Source of the DNA: an uncultured Thiomicrospira sp.
Lineage (GTDB): Bacteria > Pseudomonadota > Gammaproteobacteria > CAKMZV01
Direction of reading: 5' to 3'
DNA: 64,000 nt
Assembly: GCA_965195345.1 (NCBI GenBank)
Contig: OZ239628.1
Location: 1,216,001 to 1,280,000, forward strand
The notes under the pieces: model-generated
Told to the model about the DNA's origin: nothing
Database searches by the model: none
Seen by the model: only the letters and a program-made list of their open reading frames with translations
Program-made: the position numbers and the translations under genes
In this document: one piece after another, positions 36,290-46,829 of the stretch
Layout: each line of letters begins with the position of its first letter
How positions within the stretch are numbered: the stretch's first letter is position 1

Positions 36290-37485
36290 CCATCTATCAT
36301 AGAAACAGGCAGATCACGAGAAAGCCCACTACCGTATCTGCCTAATAACCTTTTAAGTGGCGTAATATCGTTGGCTAAGGAAAGCATTTTTTCGCGCTTT
36401 CCTTGCATAAAATGCGGAGTCTTTTGAAAGAGAACGTTGATTGCATCCATTCCGTATTCAATAATCATCACCTCTGATCTCCGTCTTTGATAGCTTTTCT
36501 TAACCGCTTCCTTTGTATAGTAACTGCCCGCTTTTAAAACTTCTTCAGCAAGAACAGCGGCATCAATCAAACCTAGATTGGCTCCTTGACCGGCCATTGG
36601 ATGGACACTGTGTGCCGCATCTCCAACAAGCACTACTTTTTCTTTGTACCAATTTTTAGCATGCTGGCGATGTAGAGGAAATGCACCGAACTCTCCTACT
36701 TTTGTAATCTTACCAAGCACGCCATTTGAGACTTCAAACAATTTATCTTCGAGGTGTTCATCTTGTAGCAGATGCTCTTTCTCATCTGGATTAATATACC
36801 AAGCTATAGAGCAGTGATTGTTAGGAAGCGGTAAAAATGCGAACGGCAAGCTATTTTGATAACGTTGCCAACAAGTGTTTTGATGCGCTTTTTCGCAGTA
36901 AACAGTGCCAACTAAACAGACTTGGTTATATTTTTTATTAGCACACTCAATATTTGCCCATTCTCTTATCTTAGATTGTGCACCGTCTGCAGCAATTAGC
37001 ATTCCCCCGTCAACTATTCTTCCATCGCTTAGCGTAACAGCAATGCTTTCGTCAAATTCTTCGATGCCTTCCCATGTTCCTTGAAACAAATGAACATTTT
37101 CATACTGCCTCAAACGTTGCCACAATGCACTTTGTATAATTGAATTTTCAATAATAGCCCCTAAATTTTCTTGAGCTATTTCGCTTGCATTAAAATGAAA
37201 AGCATAATCTAAATTATTTTCCCAAACCGTCATACGGTCGAAAGGCTGATATCTTTTTTTGCAAATATTGCTCCAAACGTCTAAATACTTAAAATACTTA
37301 ATTACTGGAGGTATTATTGCACTTACACGCAGATCAAAAGGTTTTCCGTCGTGGGAGCTTTCTGAACAATCAACTGTGTTACGCTCAATGAGTGCAACCT
37401 TGTAAGAATGCATGGCAAGATTCAAAGCAATAGCCGCTCCTACCATATTTCCACCAACAACGATGAAATCGTACTCCGTCTTCAT
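36286..37485 (-). CDS. UbiH/UbiF/UbiI family FAD-dependent ubiquinone hydroxylase (UbiI or UbiF)
   Basis: [40 protein letters not shown]; follows ubiH. Confidence 0.88.
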   Translation of the reverse strand: MKTEYDFIVVGGNMVGAAIALNLAMHSYKVALIERNTVDCSESSHDGKPFDLRVSAIIPPVIKYFKYLDVWSNICKKRYQPFDRMTVWENNLDYAFHFNASEIAQENLGAIIENSIIQSALWQRLRQYENVHLFQGTWEGIEEFDESIAVTLSDGRIVDGGMLIAADGAQSKIREWANIECANKKYNQVCLVGTVYCEKAHQNTCWQRYQNSLPFAFLPLPNNHCSIAWYINPDEKEHLLQDEHLEDKLFEVSNGVLGKITKVGEFGAFPLHRQHAKNWYKEKVVLVGDAAHSVHPMAGQGANLGLIDAAVLAEEVLKAGSYYTKEAVKKSYQRRRSEVMIIEYGMDAINVLFQKTPHFMQGKREKMLSLANDITPLKRLLGRYGSGLSRDLPVSMIDG

Positions 37486-38657
37486 ACGCTCATCATATGT
37501 CGAGAAAAAGCACGTTTTAATGGAGATACAAACTCAAGCCCAACCAATGAAGCAGAAGCAAAGCGCGATAAAACTGGATGAGAAAATGATCTAATCATCA
37601 AATGAGTCAACCTTGACATTCTCGTGCTATCTATGTGGCGTTTTCCTGCCCAATTCAACAATGTTTCTTCAGCAATGTTATCTTCTTTAAAACACTCAAG
37701 CAAAGTGGAAACATCTCTAAAACCAATGTTTAGTCCCTGTCCAGCGATTGGATGAAGAGCATGTGCCGCGTTGCCGAGCAACAATGTCCGTTGATTATAG
37801 TAATGATTGGCTATGCACTCAGTCATCGGATAATCTGCACGATCTCGAATACTAGTAAACCTTCCGAGATGTTCTGAAAAAACCACATTACATGCGCTCA
37901 TAAAATCACTATCGCTTAAACACATTTGTTTTTGTGCTCTCTCTTGTGGCATTACCCAAACAAGTGAAGACTCGTGTGGATTAACAAGGGGCAACATTGC
38001 AAAAACGCCTGGAGATGTTTTATCAAGAAAACGCTCGTGCGCTGTATTATTGTGTGGTTTTTCGTGGATAACTTTACCTAATAACGCTCTTTGCTGAAAG
38101 TTATGCTTAGAAGTTGGAATGTTTGCTCTTGAACGTATTATTGAATTACTACCATCACAGGCCATTATCAACTGATAGGAAGCACTGTCTTTAGCAGAAG
38201 AGAGTTTTATTTCTTTCAACAAACCCTCTTCATTGCTGACTGGATGTATTTCTTCAATCGATTGCCCTAATGATAATCGAACACCTTTCGTCTTGCTTAG
38301 GACATCGTCAAGCGCCACACCAAGATCACGAGCAATAACAGTATAGCCTAAAGCGTCTGCATCTACTTCCTCAGCATTTAAAAGTGTAGATCCAAAATGT
38401 GCTCGTTGACTTACCCGAACTTTATAAATAGGTTGCCAATCAAGCATTTCAGCTATACCTAAACGTTTTAATAGGAAATAACTACCAAGATTTATAGCTA
38501 AAGTGCGTGCATCGTAACCCCAGCGTTTTTTAGGGTCAGCCGTTGCTTCAAGAACATCGACGCTCCAACCTTGTTGCGCCAATCCAATAGCCAAAACACT
38601 ACCTACAGGCCCGCCACCTACAATCGCTAATTGTCTATTTTTGTCTTTTTCAATCAT
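37482..38657 (-). CDS. ubiH: 2-octaprenyl-6-methoxyphenol hydroxylase
   Basis: IVGGGPVG, DARTLA, AHERF, GNAAHALHPIAGQGLNIG; pepP-ubiH synteny. Confidence 0.85.
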   Translation of the reverse strand: MIEKDKNRQLAIVGGGPVGSVLAIGLAQQGWSVDVLEATADPKKRWGYDARTLAINLGSYFLLKRLGIAEMLDWQPIYKVRVSQRAHFGSTLLNAEEVDADALGYTVIARDLGVALDDVLSKTKGVRLSLGQSIEEIHPVSNEEGLLKEIKLSSAKDSASYQLIMACDGSNSIIRSRANIPTSKHNFQQRALLGKVIHEKPHNNTAHERFLDKTSPGVFAMLPLVNPHESSLVWVMPQERAQKQMCLSDSDFMSACNVVFSEHLGRFTSIRDRADYPMTECIANHYYNQRTLLLGNAAHALHPIAGQGLNIGFRDVSTLLECFKEDNIAEETLLNWAGKRHIDSTRMSRLTHLMIRSFSHPVLSRFASASLVGLEFVSPLKRAFSRHMMSV

Positions 38658-39958
38658 TGTTTCAAAAACATTTCTATATCTTCTATACTGCGAGGTATGT
38701 CTTCTGTCAAATTACGATGCCCCTCTTCCGTTATAACAACAGAATCTTCAATACGCACACCAATTCCCCACCAGCGTTCATGAATATCTTCTGATTTTGG
38801 AAAATACAGTCCAGGTTCAATAGTTAAAGCCATCCCAGGCTTAAATTTTCGCCATTCCCCTTGTTTACGATATGTTCCGACGTCATGCACGTCTCTTCCA
38901 ATCCAGTGCCCAGTTCGATGCATAAACCATGGTTTATAAGCCTCTTCTTCTAATAATCTGTCTCTACTGCCTTGAAGCACGCCAAGATCAATCAAACCTT
39001 GCGTTAAATTAGAGCAAGTTAACTCGTGTATATCCTGCCAACTACTCTCTAAATTAAGAGCGCTTAACGCTTTTTTGTGCGCATCGTGTACTACTTCATA
39101 AATTGCGCGTTGCTCACCTGTAAATTCACCGTTTAATGGAAATGCAGTTGTTACATCACTTGCGTATCCTTGAATTTCCGCTCCAGCGTCAATAAGCATG
39201 AGCTTAGTAGGGTCAAGTTGAGCGTTGTTATCAACATAGTGCAGTACGCAAGCATTGTCTCCAGATGCGACAATGGACAAGAATGCGGTATTGGAAGCGC
39301 CCATTAAACGCATTTTACCCTCAAGGACTGCCTGTACTTGATATTCCCATTGCATAGTTTGAGCAGCAAGCATAGCAACTTTGTGTGCAGCTACAGTTAC
39401 ATCAGCTGCATGTTGCATGGATTCTATTTCTTCAGCATTTTTAATGAGTCGCATTTCGCTAAGCAATGGTCGAAGAAATTGAATGTTCGTAGGGCTCTCC
39501 ACACCAAGTCTCGCCTTACTTCCTACTTTTGAGATGGAATCCATTATGAGCTTATATCGTTTACTGCTTCCGTCAAAATCAACGACGATCCCTTGGCGAT
39601 TTGCCATTAAATCAGGCAGCATTTCTGGCAACATGGCTATATCAAAAGCATTATCAATAAGATATTCACTCTTTACACGCTCGGGTCCTATAATTTCCCC
39701 ATCCCAGCACTCAATTATTGAGTTCCTAGGTTGACAAAACAGTAGGCTTTCTCCCTTTTCACAATTGGGAGCAAGTACTAATACGGCTGATGATTCGCTA
39801 AATCCAGTTAGATAATCAAAATCGCTATCTTGTCGAAATGGAAAATAAACATCCTCATTTCGACTTTTTTTTTCGCCTGACCAAATAATTGCTATATTTT
39901 CGTTCCCAATTGTTTTGAGAAGGTGGTTACGACGGTTTGCGTGTTGTTTTGGTTGCAT
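38654..39958 (-). CDS. pepP: Xaa-Pro aminopeptidase
   Basis: FRQDSDF.YLTGF, IDAGAE..GYASDVT, HRTGHWIG.DVHDVG, EPGLY, GVRIED. Confidence 0.95.
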   Translation of the reverse strand: MQPKQHANRRNHLLKTIGNENIAIIWSGEKKSRNEDVYFPFRQDSDFDYLTGFSESSAVLVLAPNCEKGESLLFCQPRNSIIECWDGEIIGPERVKSEYLIDNAFDIAMLPEMLPDLMANRQGIVVDFDGSSKRYKLIMDSISKVGSKARLGVESPTNIQFLRPLLSEMRLIKNAEEIESMQHAADVTVAAHKVAMLAAQTMQWEYQVQAVLEGKMRLMGASNTAFLSIVASGDNACVLHYVDNNAQLDPTKLMLIDAGAEIQGYASDVTTAFPLNGEFTGEQRAIYEVVHDAHKKALSALNLESSWQDIHELTCSNLTQGLIDLGVLQGSRDRLLEEEAYKPWFMHRTGHWIGRDVHDVGTYRKQGEWRKFKPGMALTIEPGLYFPKSEDIHERWWGIGVRIEDSVVITEEGHRNLTEDIPRSIEDIEMFLKQ

Positions 39959-39967
39959 TACATCACC

Positions 39968-41848
39968 TTAGAAAGAGGCAAGATCACCTCGTTTTTCAAG
40001 CCAAACTCTGCGATCAGAAGAGCGTTTCTTAGCAAATAGCATATCAAGCATAGCTAACGTATCATCATTATCTTCGATTTGTAACTGTACAAGTCTGCGC
40101 GAGTCAGGGTGCATTGTAGATTCTTTAAGTTGCTTTGGATTCATTTCACCTAATCCTTTGAAACGTGTAACAGATACTTTGCTGCGTTCATTACTCTTCG
40201 TTTTAATAATACGATCTCGTTCAGATTCGTCTAGTGCGTACCACGTATCCTTACCAATATCAACTCGAAACAGCGGAGGCATTGCCATATAAATATGTCC
40301 TTTTTCCACTAAAGCTCGAAAATGCCGTACAAACAAAACACATAATAGGGTTGCTATGTGCAGTCCGTCAGAGTCAGCGTCTGCCAAAATACAAATTTTG
40401 CCATAACGAAGCCCTTCAACCGACCAGCGATCAGGCTCCACTCCTATGGCAACACTAATATCGTGAATTTCATTCGAAGAAAGTATCTCATTCGAGTCTA
40501 CTTCCCAAGTATTTAATATTTTTCCTCGCAAAGGTAATATTGCTTGAAAATTTTTCTCTCTTGCTTGCCGTGCTGAGCCACCTGCTGAGTCACCTTCGAC
40601 AATAAATAATTCTGTTTGATCTAAATCATCGGATAGACAATCCGTCAATTTTCCTGGCAAAGCAGGTCCTGCAGAAATCTTCTTGCGTGTTACTTTTTGC
40701 GAAGATCTTATGCGAGAACGCGCCGCACTCATGACAAGTTCAGCAATTAAACGCCCTATTTCAACATGTTGATTCAACCATAGACTAAAGCTGTCTTTAG
40801 CAATATTCGAGACAAGGGTTACGGCCTCTCGTGAAGATAGTTTTTCCTTAGTTTGCCCAACAAATTGAGGATTACTGAGTTTAATAGACAAAATGAAAAC
40901 CACATTTCTCCATACGTCATCTGGAGTCAATTTCATATGTCTTGGCAGTAAATTCTGAAATTCACAAAATTCCCGCAAAGCTTCTGTCATTCCTGATCGA
41001 AGCCCATTGACATGCGTTCCACCCTGTGCGGTGGCAATCGAATTCACATAACTTTCTTGCACAGGAGATTGCACTTCTTGCGTCCATGCAATGGCAAACT
41101 CCACCTCTCCCTCTTTGTTTACGTTTTTTGAATAAAATGACTCTTTGGGTAGTAAGATTTCATCAGGATAGTGATTAACTAAATATTCACGCAAACCGCT
41201 GTTATAACACCACTCGATCAATTCATTGGTGGAATCAATATGCAAGTGTATAGACAAGCCCGGGCATAGAACTGCTTTGGCTTGCAGGTATTTTTTCAAC
41301 GCCTTCAAATCACATTTTTCTGTTACGAAAAATTCAAAGGCTGGAGTAAAGTGTATGAATGTTCCTGTGGTTTTCTTGGTTACTTTACCTATAACTTCAA
41401 GATTGCCATTTGGTGTTCCATAGTTGAATTCCAAACCATATATACATCCATCTCGGCGTACTTCTACAGATAACTTTGATGACAAAGCATTAACTACAGA
41501 AACGCCAACCCCATGTAACCCACCTGAGAATTGATAATTGTCATTCGAAAACTTACCACCAGCATGCAACGTTGTTAGAATGACTTCCACTGCGCTGCGG
41601 TTTTGCTCAGGATGATTATCAACGGGCATACCCCGTCCATCGTCTGAAACACTAAAAGAACCATCATTTAAAACGCGAACGACGATGTTTGAAGCATATC
41701 CAGATATTGCCTCATCAACACTGTTATCAACCACTTCTTGTACTAAATGGTTAGGGTTTTGAGTGTCAGTGTACATGCCTGGGCGCTTTCGAACAGGTTC
41801 TAACCCTGTAAGTACTTCAATCGAAGATGCGTTATATTGTTTCGGCAT
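39968..41848 (-). CDS. parE: DNA topoisomerase IV subunit B
   Basis: GLEPVRKRPGMYTD, VEGDSAGGSA, LADADSDGLHI, RFKGLGEMNP. Confidence 0.96.
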   Translation of the reverse strand: MPKQYNASSIEVLTGLEPVRKRPGMYTDTQNPNHLVQEVVDNSVDEAISGYASNIVVRVLNDGSFSVSDDGRGMPVDNHPEQNRSAVEVILTTLHAGGKFSNDNYQFSGGLHGVGVSVVNALSSKLSVEVRRDGCIYGLEFNYGTPNGNLEVIGKVTKKTTGTFIHFTPAFEFFVTEKCDLKALKKYLQAKAVLCPGLSIHLHIDSTNELIEWCYNSGLREYLVNHYPDEILLPKESFYSKNVNKEGEVEFAIAWTQEVQSPVQESYVNSIATAQGGTHVNGLRSGMTEALREFCEFQNLLPRHMKLTPDDVWRNVVFILSIKLSNPQFVGQTKEKLSSREAVTLVSNIAKDSFSLWLNQHVEIGRLIAELVMSAARSRIRSSQKVTRKKISAGPALPGKLTDCLSDDLDQTELFIVEGDSAGGSARQAREKNFQAILPLRGKILNTWEVDSNEILSSNEIHDISVAIGVEPDRWSVEGLRYGKICILADADSDGLHIATLLCVLFVRHFRALVEKGHIYMAMPPLFRVDIGKDTWYALDESERDRIIKTKSNERSKVSVTRFKGLGEMNPKQLKESTMHPDSRRLVQLQIEDNDDTLAMLDMLFAKKRSSDRRVWLEKRGDLASF

Positions 41849-41914
41849 AGTTATATTCTTATACCATTAAGTTCATTCGAAGTCATTATCATAAATATAG
41901 TGGAGAACCACATC

Positions 41915-43843
41915 TTAAAATTTCAAATGGCTAAAATCAAAAAAGTCATCGTTTTCATTCTCGTGAGGTTTTTGATGCCGTTCTAACAATTGATTGTATA
42001 GTTGAGGATTGTTTTGGCGAATGCTCTCCAAAGCCGCTTCAACATCTTTCGAAGCAAGCATGCTAATCATTTCACTTGCAATGCTCAGCCCCATTTGAGT
42101 TATATGGTTCTCCTCTAACATCGATTTTATCTTCTTATTAAGCCGTTCGTCGAGTTCGTGACAATAATTCTCATCGATTTCTTTTACGCTTGCAATCGAA
42201 CTGATAAGCTCCCCCTGTTTTTTTGAAGTAAATGTTGTTAATAATCTCGCCGCTTTATCTGGTTCAAGTCGAGCAACTACTAATGTTCGTGTTTCAAGAT
42301 CCTCATCTTCTAATAGTTGATTAAGCGTATGCGTATCGAGTGTTAAATACATGCTTTCGTTGATGTCAGTTTCATATTCCTCTTTCGCACTTTCCTCTAA
42401 TGTGTTTTCTATTCCCGGTGTACCTTCGAATTCTTGAATGTCTTCGACCTCTAATGCACTTTCTACTTTAGACGCATCTTTCATATCAGTGTTTTGTATG
42501 TCGTTTCTACTCAGCATATCTTGAGAGAATGGAGCATTCTCATTCTCATTCTCATTTACATTTATAGAATGAAGTATTGTCCTTGTATTTTCTTCTGAGA
42601 CGGCAGCTGGTTTTGGTGAGTGGTTAACTTGAAAAGAAGGTGAAACAGTGGGTTCAAAGGCAACACGTTCTTGTTCGGTAGAATTTGAAACAGTGGGTTC
42701 AAAGGCAACACGTTCTTGTTCAGTAGAATTTGAATAAGCTACTTTAGGGACAGGCTCTACTTTTGGCTTTTCATTTTTAGAATCATCATCTACCGATGCT
42801 CGTTTTTTTTTGCTGCGTAGCATGAACAACATAATCAGCAAATACAAAATTAAAATTAAACCGCCAGTTAACCATATCCAATGGGTAAGTAGATACTTAA
42901 ACCAGTAAGGGTCAATAGAGAAAAAATTTTCAAGGTAAGTGCTTAATAAATCTTCAATGATTTCATCATCCCTTTCTGCAACATACTCGTTATTTTTGAG
43001 TTCGACCGAGTTATTGCTACCATCCGGTGACTTGAACCCTTGCAATGATTGATCTGTTTGCTCTTCTACAACAAAGTTTTTACTAGAATCGACTATAGTA
43101 TCATCAGTGTTATCTGTTGAGATCAATTGCTTTGATTCGCTCAAAGATACTTGCTCTAAAGTCTTTGGATCAAATCCTTTTTTGGGTTCGACGACCGAAT
43201 TTGAGGGGAAATTTTCAATTTGCAGCGTGTCTCCCTTTTCAAAACGAATGTTAGCTGTTTCAATAATCTTATTACGAACAGTTACCAAATGCTCACCACC
43301 TCCGTTTACATCAACGATAGCAACGACCCCAAGGTGCAAAATCTCTATTTTTTCAGATAATTTTTTCTTTAGCCCATATTTGGCTTTGTATGCATCAACG
43401 AGTTCTTTAAGCTTTCGATATTGTTTTTTAGTATCAATCAACTGTTGTTCAAGAACAGTCAGCAATGTTACATCGGTTAATTCAATTTTCTGTTCGGTCA
43501 ATTCTTCTATTTGTCGTTCAAGATTCAATAATATAGAGTTATTAAAACGATACGTTCGTTGTTCATCCAGTGTGCTTTTATCAGACGCATTTATATCTGA
43601 AGTTGAGTCATTGAATGCGCCTTCCCATTCCTCGACTACTTGTATTTTGCTCTTTACTTTAATTAAACTAACAACAACCAAATCGGCTATAGATTCTTGA
43701 ATTTTTGCAGCAAGATTTGAACTGAATTGCTCTGCTTTGATGCTATCTTCGAGATAAATGTGTTTTATTGTTTTTGCATGCGAAAACGTTGCCATTCCTA
43801 GTAGGAATAAACACACGGAGATAAAAATTTTCTTATTTGTCAT
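41915..43843 (-). CDS. Signal-peptide membrane protein with FliF-like periplasmic motif and C-terminal FliG middle-domain-like region
   Basis: Signal peptide (SHA/K), single TM at ~aa 320-342, C-terminal LVVARLEPDKAARLL...GLSIASEMISML...NPQLYNQL. Confidence 0.65.
   Translation of the reverse strand: MTNKKIFISVCLFLLGMATFSHAKTIKHIYLEDSIKAEQFSSNLAAKIQESIADLVVVSLIKVKSKIQVVEEWEGAFNDSTSDINASDKSTLDEQRTYRFNNSILLNLERQIEELTEQKIELTDVTLLTVLEQQLIDTKKQYRKLKELVDAYKAKYGLKKKLSEKIEILHLGVVAIVDVNGGGEHLVTVRNKIIETANIRFEKGDTLQIENFPSNSVVEPKKGFDPKTLEQVSLSESKQLISTDNTDDTIVDSSKNFVVEEQTDQSLQGFKSPDGSNNSVELKNNEYVAERDDEIIEDLLSTYLENFFSIDPYWFKYLLTHWIWLTGGLILILYLLIMLFMLRSKKKRASVDDDSKNEKPKVEPVPKVAYSNSTEQERVAFEPTVSNSTEQERVAFEPTVSPSFQVNHSPKPAAVSEENTRTILHSINVNENENENAPFSQDMLSRNDIQNTDMKDASKVESALEVEDIQEFEGTPGIENTLEESAKEEYETDINESMYLTLDTHTLNQLLEDEDLETRTLVVARLEPDKAARLLTTFTSKKQGELISSIASVKEIDENYCHELDERLNKKIKSMLEENHITQMGLSIASEMISMLASKDVEAALESIRQNNPQLYNQLLERHQKPHENENDDFFDFSHLKF
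42641..42734. repeat. Two tandem 45-bp in-frame repeats (SNSTEQERVAFEPTV x2)
   Basis: Units start at 42641 and 42686; one synonymous mismatch. Confidence 0.9.
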
Positions 43844-43861
43844 TTACTCTCTGCTTGTTTA

Positions 43862-45340
43862 CTATTCTGTTAGCAACAATCCTTTAATTACTTTCAGGTT
43901 TCTTACTATAGGTATTACCCCAATTTTCTTATTCGTTTTTACTTCTGCGTATTTTTGTGCTTGCGAATAGGAAGGAAAATAGTATCCAGATAAAACAAAA
44001 TAATCATCATATTGATATATCAAACAATTATCACTTAATTTCACATGTTTACGTGTTTTTTCAACAACATCCCTCTTGAGAGAACTGGCAAACTGTAAAA
44101 TGTATCCTGTCTTTGGTAAATCTTTTAACCATTTTTTTCCCAAAAGAAAGCGCACATTATTTTTTCTCTCTTCGATTGCTGTTTCATTGTGATTCTTTGA
44201 CGTTGACTTTTCTTTCCTTTTCTTAGTGCCCTGATCCGCTTCTAAATTTTCATTGCCTTTATTCAATGCAATTGATTGAAGGATAGGAAATTCAGGAATA
44301 GGAGGTTGCTCAATAGGAGTTATATTTTTTTGATCATCATACGGTAAGACAGTTTTTAGTAAGTTGTAGGCTGGTGTATAGCCTTGCTGAGATGCCTTAT
44401 TCAACCATGCTACTGCTGTTTTTTGGTCTGCAGTCACTAATTTGCCATGCAAGTAAAGCACGCCTAATTGGAATTGAGCTTCTGAATGACCGCGTTGCCC
44501 TGAATCACGCAGTACTTCAATCGCAAGAGGAATTGATTTTTCATTGTTAAACAACAGTTGCGAAAGAATAAATAATGATTCTCTATCTGCTTGTTTTTTT
44601 TCCAATTCATTCAATAAAAAATCCTTGATGATCTCGTCATGCGCAGGATCTCCTTGATGCACAAAGGATTTGATTATGCTTAACCTATCAACGACATCAG
44701 ATTCACTCAATACCCGATTTAGCCAAAATCCATCTATACCATTTGCGGTAGTTTTAAACTGCGTGCTCTGATAGTGGCGGATTAACCAGAGCTGTGCTTT
44801 TGTAAAACCAAGCTCCGCTAAAGGTAAGATTAAACCTTCTGCTTCTGCACTTTGTGTGCTTTTTTGCAGTGCGTTTGCTTCCTCTAAGCTTAAAGTCAGT
44901 AAATCTTTAAATTGAGTGCGCGCATCAATATAGCCATTGCTAATTGCTTTATCAAGCCAAAACTTCGCCTTTCTGGCGCTTTTTGTCAAACCATTTCCAA
45001 CAATATAGGCTTTTGCAAGCCTTGCTTGCGAGGCGCCGTCATTAGCCAAGGCTGCGTAATAGCTCCACTTTAGAGTTTCTTCTATGTGTTTACCGTCTAA
45101 ATAATTCCCATACAATCTGCTCAAAGCTATCTGAGCACTAACAACGCCTTTTAGAGCTAATGACCTATAGTGAATGATCGCTTCATCATCTTTTCCTGAT
45201 AATATTGCATTACGTGCTTTAGACAAATCTTGCAGAGCATTTACAGATAATTGCTGTTTTTCTATAGGAGCTAAATGATCTATAAAATCGGCATGTGCAG
45301 AGACTGCTAACAGACATAACAGAATATTAAAAATTCTCAT
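43862..45340 (-). CDS. Exported Sel1-repeat protein with C-terminal SPOR/DamX-like domain
   Basis: Signal peptide; AQFQLGVLYLHG...AVAWLNKASQQG Sel1 repeats; GYILQFASS...FPSYSQAQ tail. Confidence 0.75.
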   Translation of the reverse strand: MRIFNILLCLLAVSAHADFIDHLAPIEKQQLSVNALQDLSKARNAILSGKDDEAIIHYRSLALKGVVSAQIALSRLYGNYLDGKHIEETLKWSYYAALANDGASQARLAKAYIVGNGLTKSARKAKFWLDKAISNGYIDARTQFKDLLTLSLEEANALQKSTQSAEAEGLILPLAELGFTKAQLWLIRHYQSTQFKTTANGIDGFWLNRVLSESDVVDRLSIIKSFVHQGDPAHDEIIKDFLLNELEKKQADRESLFILSQLLFNNEKSIPLAIEVLRDSGQRGHSEAQFQLGVLYLHGKLVTADQKTAVAWLNKASQQGYTPAYNLLKTVLPYDDQKNITPIEQPPIPEFPILQSIALNKGNENLEADQGTKKRKEKSTSKNHNETAIEERKNNVRFLLGKKWLKDLPKTGYILQFASSLKRDVVEKTRKHVKLSDNCLIYQYDDYFVLSGYYFPSYSQAQKYAEVKTNKKIGVIPIVRNLKVIKGLLLTE

Positions 45341-46077
45341 TGCATGAACATTCCGCCATTAACATGTAGCGTTTGACCCGTAATATAGGATGCACGATCG
45401 GATACTAAAAATTGCACTGCATTAGCAATGTCTTTTGGGTCACCCAATCGAGATATAGGAATATTTTCAAGCAATGTTTGCTTTTGAGCATCGCTTAACG
45501 CTTTGGTCATGTCCGTATCTATGAATCCAGGTGCAACGCTATTAACTGTGATATTACGAGACCCCACTTCACGTGCTAATGAACGAGTGAATCCATTGAT
45601 TCCTGCTTTGGCGGCAGCGTAATTAGTCTGCCCAGCATTGCCTATAGAACCAACCACTGAAGTAATCGACACGATGCGTCCAAAACGCGCCTTCATCATT
45701 GAACGCAAACACGCTTTAGAAAGAAGAAATACGGAACGCAGATTGGTTTGCATCATACTATCCCATTCATCTTCGCTCATACGCATCAATAAGTTGTCAC
45801 GGGTAATTCCTGCATTGTTGATCAAAATTTCTGGCATGTCACCAAAGTCTTTCGCGAATGAATCAAGCGTTGCCTCAATTGACTTTGTATTACAAACTTC
45901 AAGAGGATATCCTTTTGCATTCTGTTGTATCGCTGATAATCTTTTTTCAATATTAACCGATCCTTCAAGAGTTGTTGCTGTGCCCGCGACAAAATGCCCA
46001 TCCGCCGCCAATAAATCAGAAATAGCAGCACCTATTCCTCGACTTGCTCCAGTTATTAATATTCTTTTTTCATCCAT
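45337..46077 (-). CDS. fabG: 3-oxoacyl-ACP reductase
   Basis: TGASRGIG, NNAGITRDNLLMRM, NYAAAK, PGFIDTDMT, TGQTLHVNGG. Confidence 0.95.
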   Translation of the reverse strand: MDEKRILITGASRGIGAAISDLLAADGHFVAGTATTLEGSVNIEKRLSAIQQNAKGYPLEVCNTKSIEATLDSFAKDFGDMPEILINNAGITRDNLLMRMSEDEWDSMMQTNLRSVFLLSKACLRSMMKARFGRIVSITSVVGSIGNAGQTNYAAAKAGINGFTRSLAREVGSRNITVNSVAPGFIDTDMTKALSDAQKQTLLENIPISRLGDPKDIANAVQFLVSDRASYITGQTLHVNGGMFMQ

Positions 46078-46138
46078 TAGATTCCTCTGAATTACATTGT
46101 TTCTTTTTAATTTTTATTTAACGACTGAGATTATATCT

Positions 46139-46825
46139 TCATCCTCTTTTAAACCTATCTTCGTCTTGCATAATCAGCACCAAATCATTAACGATTTTTT
46201 CAACCTCATCGGATTGCTCCAAAAAATATGCAATCAAACTCCCTTCTGAGTTTATAAGATACAAAGTGGCGGAATGATTAATCGTATATTTATCTTTAAT
46301 CGCATCAGGCACATGTTCGTAGTTTTTGATAACTACGGATTGACCATTAATGTCGAAGATCCGTTGATGTACTACACCTAATGCTGCAGTTAAAATATTA
46401 AGCTGATTTATTTGTCCTGTCGCAGCAGAAAAGTTTTCATTAAAAAAATGCACATAGTCACCCAAATCCTCAAGATTATCTCGTTGAGGATCCAGCGAAA
46501 TAAACGTTATTTTAGGAATTGGATTCTGTTCCATTTCCTGCATTTTTTTATATATATTTGAAAGTGTTTGTAACCCTGTAGGGCAAACATCAGGGCATGA
46601 GGCAAATCCAAAAAAAATCAAGTCCCACTGACCTTTCAAATTCTGCAAATTCATGTTTTGCCCATCGGCATACTTTAGAGAAAAGTTAGGAATTTCTTTC
46701 CCTTTTTGCAATTTGGTAGCATTGTATAGTTGAACATCTTTTCCAGATTTTAACCAGATACTTCCTACGCCAACGAGCACAGCAAATAGAGTAATAAAAA
46801 CAACAATGAAAGATTTTTTCTTCAT
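46139..46825 (-). CDS. SCO1/SenC family copper chaperone
   Basis: FFGFASCPDVCP, DPQRD, YTINHSA. Confidence 0.92.
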   Translation of the reverse strand: MKKKSFIVVFITLFAVLVGVGSIWLKSGKDVQLYNATKLQKGKEIPNFSLKYADGQNMNLQNLKGQWDLIFFGFASCPDVCPTGLQTLSNIYKKMQEMEQNPIPKITFISLDPQRDNLEDLGDYVHFFNENFSAATGQINQLNILTAALGVVHQRIFDINGQSVVIKNYEHVPDAIKDKYTINHSATLYLINSEGSLIAYFLEQSDEVEKIVNDLVLIMQDEDRFKRG

Positions 46826-46829
46826 ATTA

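Noticed and set aside
43107-43700. 197-aa plus-strand ORF
   Set aside because: Antisense to the 642-aa gene and has no protein-like motifs.
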